The notes beneath the pieces were generated by a model. The model saw nothing but the letters and a program-made list of their open reading frames with translations. It was not told the origin of the DNA and did no database searches. From contig JAFWQX010000175.1 in NCBI GenBank assembly GCA_017508875.1, positions 1 to 60,870 of the forward strand: a stretch of 60,870 nucleotides of DNA, in the 5' to 3' direction. The DNA comes from Clostridia bacterium (lineage in GTDB: Bacteria; Bacillota; Clostridia; UBA1212; UBA1255). The translations under genes were made by a program, and so were the position numbers. This document shows, piece by piece, positions 55,085 through 60,870 of the stretch (the stretch's first letter is position 1; every line of letters begins with the position of its first letter).

Positions 55085-56884
55085 ATGGCAGAATTTATTA
55101 CAGGAATGAAAAGAACAGATTATTGCGGTACGCTCACAGCCAAAGACATCGGCAGGGAAGTTACCGTTAACGGATGGGTAAGGAAGACGAGGAACCTGGG
55201 AAGCCTCCTTTTTGTTGACCTCAGAGACAGATCGGGCATCGTGCAGCTCGTATTCGATCAGGAGACGCACGAGTCGTTGTTCGATAAAGCCGAAGGGCTG
55301 CATCAGGAGTACGTGCTTTCGGCTAAGGGCATTGTCCGTGCCAGAAGCGCAGAGGCTGTAAATCCCCGTATGAAGACCGGAGAAGTAGAGATCGCCGTTA
55401 ATGATATGCGCGTGCTTAACTCCGCGGAAACACCTCCGTTCCAGATCGATGATAAAGCAAACGTTTCTGACGTTTTAAGACTTAAATACAGGTATCTCGA
55501 CCTGCGCCGCCCTTCGATGAGCCGCTACCTTATGATGAGGCACAGGATCGTGAAAGAAGCACACGACTATTACGATAAGAACGGTTTTATCGAAGTCGAG
55601 ACGCCTTCTCTTTGCAAGAGCACGCCTGAAGGGGCGAGAGACTATTTAGTGCCGTCGAGAGTACATCCCGGAAAGTTTTATGCACTTCCTCAGTCCCCGC
55701 AGCTGTTCAAACAGCTTCTTATGTGCGCCGGTTTCGACAGATATATGCAGATCGCAAAATGCTACAGAGACGAGGACCTGCGCGCCGACAGACAGCCCGA
55801 GTTCACGCAGATCGACCTTGAAATGTCTTTCGTCGATGCCGATGACGTTATGACGATCAACGAAGGCTTCATCAAGCAGCTTTTCAAGAACGTGCTCGAC
55901 ATTGACGTTCCTACGCCCTTCATTCGCATGAAATATCAGGAGGCAATGTCACGCTTCGGCTCTGATAAACCGGATATCCGCTTCGGACTCGAACTTAAAG
56001 ATATAACTGAATTCGCAAAAACTTGCAGCTTTAAAGTATTTTCCGAAACCGCGCAGTCCGGTGGTGCCGTAAGACTTATCTGCGCTCCTGCAGGTCATTA
56101 TTCCCGCAAAGAGATCGACGGACTTACCGAATTCATCAAGACTCACGGAGGCTCCGGCATGGCGTGGATAGCGCTTTCCGAAAGCGGCGTAAGATCGAGC
56201 CTCGGAAAAGTCCTCACCGAAGAGGAAATCGGTGAGATCATCAAACTCGCAGACGCGAAAAACGGAGATCTTATCTGTATCGTTTGCGGCAAGAGCGGCC
56301 CCGTCTATACGGCGCTCGGCGGACTTCGCTGCTACCTCGGCGATAAGCTCGGGCTTATTCCGAAGGACAAATTCGCATTTCTCTGGGTCGTTGATTTCCC
56401 GCAGTTCGAATATTCCGAAGAAGAGGGAAGATACGTTGCGATGCACCATCCTTTCACCATGCCCAAGACGGAAGATATCCCCAAAATCGAAGCGGGTGAT
56501 CTTTCCGACGTAAAAGCAGACGCTTACGACATCGTACTTAACGGTTATGAACTCGGCGGCGGCAGCATAAGGATACACGACAGCGCGCTTCAGCAGCTTA
56601 TGTTCAAAGCGCTCGGCTTTTCGGAAGAAGACGCTAAGACGAGATTCGGATTCCTGCTCGAAGCATTCAAATACGGAACTCCCCCTCACGGAGGAATGGC
56701 ATACGGACTCGACAGACTCGTCATGCTTATGACCGGATCTGATAACATCCGCGACGTTATTGCGTTCCCGAAAGTGCAGAACGCTTCCGATCTCATGACC
56801 GGAGCGCCGGATTTCGTTGACGATAAACAGCTTTCAGAACTTTACATTGCCTGCACTGAAAGAGAGAAGGCTGAAGATCAGTAA
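55085..56884 (+). CDS. aspS: Aspartate--tRNA ligase
   Basis: RTDYCG, FVDLRDRSGIVQ, RLKYRYLDLRR, EGARDYLVPSR, PQSPQLFKQ, YRDED.RADRQPEFTQID, PPHGG.AYGLDR. ATG 55085 fits the AGGAG spacing. Confidence 0.97.
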   Translation: MAEFITGMKRTDYCGTLTAKDIGREVTVNGWVRKTRNLGSLLFVDLRDRSGIVQLVFDQETHESLFDKAEGLHQEYVLSAKGIVRARSAEAVNPRMKTGEVEIAVNDMRVLNSAETPPFQIDDKANVSDVLRLKYRYLDLRRPSMSRYLMMRHRIVKEAHDYYDKNGFIEVETPSLCKSTPEGARDYLVPSRVHPGKFYALPQSPQLFKQLLMCAGFDRYMQIAKCYRDEDLRADRQPEFTQIDLEMSFVDADDVMTINEGFIKQLFKNVLDIDVPTPFIRMKYQEAMSRFGSDKPDIRFGLELKDITEFAKTCSFKVFSETAQSGGAVRLICAPAGHYSRKEIDGLTEFIKTHGGSGMAWIALSESGVRSSLGKVLTEEEIGEIIKLADAKNGDLICIVCGKSGPVYTALGGLRCYLGDKLGLIPKDKFAFLWVVDFPQFEYSEEEGRYVAMHHPFTMPKTEDIPKIEAGDLSDVKADAYDIVLNGYELGGGSIRIHDSALQQLMFKALGFSEEDAKTRFGFLLEAFKYGTPPHGGMAYGLDRLVMLMTGSDNIRDVIAFPKVQNASDLMTGAPDFVDDKQLSELYIACTEREKAEDQ

Positions 56885-56902
56885 TAAGGCATCTAATTTA
56901 AA

Positions 56903-59900
56903 ATGCTAAGAATAGGCTTAGACGTAGGTTCAACTACGGTTAAAATTGTTGTGTTTGACGCCGCGGACAATATTTTGTTCGGGAAGTACAGGCGCCATTA
57001 TTCTGATATACGCAAAACTATCTGCGACGTGCTGTCGGAGGCATTGACAAAGTATAAGGGCGAAGAGTGCTATCTGGCAATAACCGGGTCCGGCGGCATG
57101 CTTGTCGCCGACTGGCTCGGTCTTCCTTTCGTTCAGGAAGTTGCCGCGCTCGGGAAAAGCGTTGAGGTCCTGATCCCGCAGACCGACGTCGCGATCGAGC
57201 TCGGCGGAGAAGACGCGAAGATCACTTTCTTCCGCGATCCTGTCGAACAGCGTATGAACGGTACCTGCGCAGGCGGGACCGGAGCGTTCATCGACCAGAT
57301 GGCGATCCTCTTAAAGACCGACGCAGACGGACTAAATGCGCTTTCGGAAAAACATACGACTATCTATCCGATCGCCGCACGCTGCGGAGTATTTGCAAAA
57401 ACAGATATCCAGCCGCTTTTGAACGAAGGTGCTGCAAAAGAAGATATCGCCGCATCCGTTTTTCAATCTGTAGTAAACCAGACTATAAGCGGACTGGCGT
57501 GCGGACGCAGGATCGAGGGCAATATCGCTTTCCTCGGCGGTCCTTTAAATTATCTTCCTGAATTAAGAAATCGCTTTATCGAGACGCTTTCCTTAAAGCC
57601 TGATCAGGTGATCTGCCCCGAAAATTCGCATTTATTTGTGGCAATGGGTGCGGCGTTTATGTCTGACGCTGACCGTCCCGGCGTAAAAGCGGTTCCGGTT
57701 ACTGTCGATTCGATAATTAAAAAGCTGCCCGATATCATGAGTATCCAGGCATCTGAAGTCGGGCGCCTCGACAGGCTGTTTAAAACCGATGCGGATTACG
57801 AAGAATTCGTAGAACGTCACAGTACGGAAAAAGCCGTATTCGGAGAACTCAGCACGTATAAAGGCCCCGCTTATTTCGGTATAGACGCAGGTTCGACGAC
57901 GACAAAAGCTGTACTTTGCGGCTCGGACGACCAGATCCTTTATTCGTTTTACGGCAGCAATTTCGGCAGTCCGTTTGATTCCGCTCTTAAGATCCTCAAA
58001 GACGTTTACTCAAAACTTCCTGAGGGAGTTTATATTTCAGGCTCATGCGTGACCGGATACGGCGAAGGTCTTATTAAGGCGGCGCTCAGAATGGATCTCG
58101 GTGAGATCGAGACGGTGGCGCATTACCGCGCTGCAGACCACTTCCTGCCTGGCGTTGAATTTATCCTTGACATCGGCGGGCAGGATATGAAATGCCTTAA
58201 AGTGAAGGACGGCGTCATCCAGAGCATTATGCTGAACGAAGCCTGTTCTTCCGGCTGCGGCTCGTTTATCGAGGCATTTGCTACTACTCTGAATCTTAAA
58301 ATATCGGATTTCGCAAAAGAAGCACTGAAAGCAGAAAGACCCGTTGACCTCGGAAGCCGCTGCACCGTATTCATGAATTCGAGAGTAAAACAGGCTCAGA
58401 AAGAAGGCGCAAGCGTTGCCGACATATCTGCCGGACTTTCGTATTCCGTTATTAAAAACGCTCTTACAAAAGTAATAAAAATAAGATCTCCCGAAGACAT
58501 GGGCGAAAAGATAATCGTTCAGGGAGGTACGTTCTATAACGACGCAATACTGCGCTGCTTTGAACTCATCTCAGGCAGGAACGCGGTAAGACCTGATATT
58601 GCCGGACTTATGGGGGCATACGGAGCTGCACTGATCGCGAAGAAAGAGTTTGAGAACGTTCCGGAACACGTTTCATGCCTTTTAACGCCCGAAGAAGCTG
58701 ATACTATCAAAGCCGAAACCAGAAAAATACGCTGCGGAGGCTGCACTAACAATTGTTTATTGACCATAAGCAAGTTTTCGGGCGGAGCGGGATACGTAAC
58801 GGGAAACAGATGCGAACGGGGAGACGTTGTCACGCCAAAATCTAAAAAGATACACGCGCCCGACCTGTTTGAATATAAATACAAAAGGCTTTTTGAACAC
58901 TATAAACCGCTGGATAAAGACCGTGCTCCTAACGGAGAGATAGGTATTCCGCGCGCTCTTAATATGTACGAGAATTATCCGTTCTGGTTCACGTTCTTCA
59001 CTGAACTCGGATATCGCGTGATATTGTCCGCGCCGTCTACCAAAGAACTGTACGCTCTCGGTATGGACACGATCCCGTCTGAATCTGTCTGCTATCCTGC
59101 AAAGCTTACACACGGCCATATCACGTGGCTATTAAAGCAGGGGATAAGCAGGATCTTCTATCCTTCGATCCCTTACGAAAAGAAAGAAGACGAGAAAGCG
59201 AACAACCATTATAACTGCCCGATCGTGACGTCATATCCGGAAGTCATGAAGGCGAACGTCGATCTGATTCGGGAAATGAACGTCGAATATATGCATCCGT
59301 TCCTTCCGATATTCGATAAAAAGAGGATGTTCGAAAGACTGTGCGAAGAATTTCCGTCGTTCAGTCCGGACGAGATCCAAAACGCGCTTAACAAAGCGTA
59401 CGCCGAAGATGACGCTTTCCACGAGGACATCAGGTCGAAAGCGGCGGAAATTATTGACCACGCCGAAAAGGCCGGGATGAAGTGCATAGTGCTCGCCGGA
59501 AGACCGTATCATATTGACCCCGAGATCAACCACGGAATATCGCAGATGATCGCAGGATTCGGTATGTGCGTGCTGACCGAAGACTCCGTTGCCCATATGG
59601 GAGAGCTCGAAACGCCTATTCGCGTAGTAAATCAGTGGTCTTACCATGACAGGCTTTACCGCGCCGCTGATTTCGTACGAAAACATCCGAATATGGAACT
59701 TATCCAGCTCAATTCGTTCGGCTGCGGGTTAGACGCGGTCACGACAGATCAGGTAGACGAGATACTTCGCTCTGCAGGAAAAATATATACCTGCCTTAAG
59801 ATCGATGAAGGCTCGAATCTGGGCGCCGCCAGGATAAGGATCAGATCTCTTAAAGCTGCACTTGCGGAACGGGATAAAGACCCGGAGAAGCAAAGACGGA

Positions 59901-60870
59901 CTAAAATATCGACTTACGCCGCTCCGAGAGTCCTCTTTACTAAAGAGATGCGTAAGAAATATACCGTACTCGCGCCTCAGATGTCTCCGATACATTTTGA
60001 ATTCGTACAGGAAGCGTTCAGGACACACGGCTATAACTTCGTTATTTTACCTGCTGATGACCGCGAAGCAGTTGATTACGGACTTAAATACGTCAATAAC
60101 GACGCATGCTACCCGAGCATACTTATCGTCGGTCAATTCGTTAAAGCGCTTCAATCGGGGAAATATGATCTGAATAACACCGCATTAATGATCACTCAGA
60201 CCGGCGGCGGATGCAGGGCAACGAACTATATCGCGTTTTTGAGAAAAGCACTGAGGGACATGGGGCTTTCACACATTCCGGTAATATCTCTTAGTATCGG
60301 CAATATAGAGAAAAATCCCGGATTCAAGATCACTCCGGGCCTGCTGCTCTCCGGTATCCAGGCTGTATGCTACGGCGATCTTCTGATGCGCGTGCTATAC
60401 AGGACAAGGCCATATGAAAAAGTTCCGGGCAGCGCTAACGCACTTCACGACAAGTGGAGCACTATAATAAAGAAATCTTTAAAGCACCCAGATTTTATCG
60501 GTTTTTCGCGCAACGTTAAAGGTATAGTTAAAGATTTTGACACGCTTGAACTTAGAGATATTAAAAAGCCGCGGATCGGGCTCGTAGGCGAGATACTCGT
60601 AAAGTTCCATCCGACAGCGAACAATAAAGTAGTGGAACTTGTCGAAGCGGAAGGCGCAGAAGCCGTAATGCCGGATCTGCTTGATTTCCTCCTTTACGCA
60701 TCGTACGGGTCGATATTCAAAAACAGATATCTCGCTGACAGCAATAAGAGCGCCAGATTCAGCCGGACATTGATTTCGATTTTCGAAACTATCAGAAAGC
60801 CGATGAAGAAAGCCCTCGAAAAAAGCACACGGTTCGAATCACCTAAAACCATATACGAACTTGCCGATAT
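56903..60870 (+). CDS. 2-hydroxyacyl-CoA dehydratase activase fusion (2x BadF/BcrA ATPase + DUF2229-like), truncated by window end
   Basis: Not in the ORF track (no stop in the window). [84 protein letters not shown] all read in the same frame. Confidence 0.88.
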   Translation, partial: MLRIGLDVGSTTVKIVVFDAADNILFGKYRRHYSDIRKTICDVLSEALTKYKGEECYLAITGSGGMLVADWLGLPFVQEVAALGKSVEVLIPQTDVAIELGGEDAKITFFRDPVEQRMNGTCAGGTGAFIDQMAILLKTDADGLNALSEKHTTIYPIAARCGVFAKTDIQPLLNEGAAKEDIAASVFQSVVNQTISGLACGRRIEGNIAFLGGPLNYLPELRNRFIETLSLKPDQVICPENSHLFVAMGAAFMSDADRPGVKAVPVTVDSIIKKLPDIMSIQASEVGRLDRLFKTDADYEEFVERHSTEKAVFGELSTYKGPAYFGIDAGSTTTKAVLCGSDDQILYSFYGSNFGSPFDSALKILKDVYSKLPEGVYISGSCVTGYGEGLIKAALRMDLGEIETVAHYRAADHFLPGVEFILDIGGQDMKCLKVKDGVIQSIMLNEACSSGCGSFIEAFATTLNLKISDFAKEALKAERPVDLGSRCTVFMNSRVKQAQKEGASVADISAGLSYSVIKNALTKVIKIRSPEDMGEKIIVQGGTFYNDAILRCFELISGRNAVRPDIAGLMGAYGAALIAKKEFENVPEHVSCLLTPEEADTIKAETRKIRCGGCTNNCLLTISKFSGGAGYVTGNRCERGDVVTPKSKKIHAPDLFEYKYKRLFEHYKPLDKDRAPNGEIGIPRALNMYENYPFWFTFFTELGYRVILSAPSTKELYALGMDTIPSESVCYPAKLTHGHITWLLKQGISRIFYPSIPYEKKEDEKANNHYNCPIVTSYPEVMKANVDLIREMNVEYMHPFLPIFDKKRMFERLCEEFPSFSPDEIQNALNKAYAEDDAFHEDIRSKAAEIIDHAEKAGMKCIVLAGRPYHIDPEINHGISQMIAGFGMCVLTEDSVAHMGELETPIRVVNQWSYHDRLYRAADFVRKHPNMELIQLNSFGCGLDAVTTDQVDEILRSAGKIYTCLKIDEGSNLGAARIRIRSLKAALAERDKDPEKQRRTKISTYAAPRVLFTKEMRKKYTVLAPQMSPIHFEFVQEAFRTHGYNFVILPADDREAVDYGLKYVNNDACYPSILIVGQFVKALQSGKYDLNNTALMITQTGGGCRATNYIAFLRKALRDMGLSHIPVISLSIGNIEKNPGFKITPGLLLSGIQAVCYGDLLMRVLYRTRPYEKVPGSANALHDKWSTIIKKSLKHPDFIGFSRNVKGIVKDFDTLELRDIKKPRIGLVGEILVKFHPTANNKVVELVEAEGAEAVMPDLLDFLLYASYGSIFKNRYLADSNKSARFSRTLISIFETIRKPMKKALEKSTRFESPKTIYELAD

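Overview
Chromosomal core-genome window from an anaerobic Firmicute (Clostridia-like; inferred from gene content, gene order and sigmaA-type promoters). There is no prophage, IS element or CRISPR array. Almost all genes are on the + strand. In order: the dxs 3' end, tlyA, tRNA-Val(GAC), efp, an operon with two tandem family-4 uracil-DNA glycosylases and pdp, an electron-bifurcating-type [FeFe]-hydrogenase cluster (hydC, HATPase, hndB-like, hydB, hydA), a MacAB-like ABC system with two ATPases, pta-ackA, rpmF-DUF512-der-plsY-aroF, an orphan A24 prepilin peptidase, mgtE, a GTPase-DUF697 protein, dCMP deaminase-serA-gpmI-patB, a YdbC/PC4 ssDNA-binding protein, a GH78 rhamnosidase, scpAB, an aminotransferase, an M18 aminopeptidase, an LCP-like protein, a Xer-like recombinase, aspS and a truncated dehydratase-activase fusion. 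Three signals stand out. (1) mgtE has a ~270-nt leader that I cannot match to the M-box riboswitch. It holds a 39-codon uORF with a strong SD, two competing long helices, a U-tract and a second anti-SD-like switch, and is the best candidate for an undescribed Mg2+-responsive regulatory element. (2) Short tandem-repeat arrays (10, 11 and 7 bp) sit immediately upstream of three near-consensus promoters. (3) An unusually dense set of envelope proteins has lost catalytic motifs (DacA/DacF-like, cyclophilin, CotH, site-2 protease, LCP). All assignments come from motif recognition by eye; no database searches or folding programs were run.
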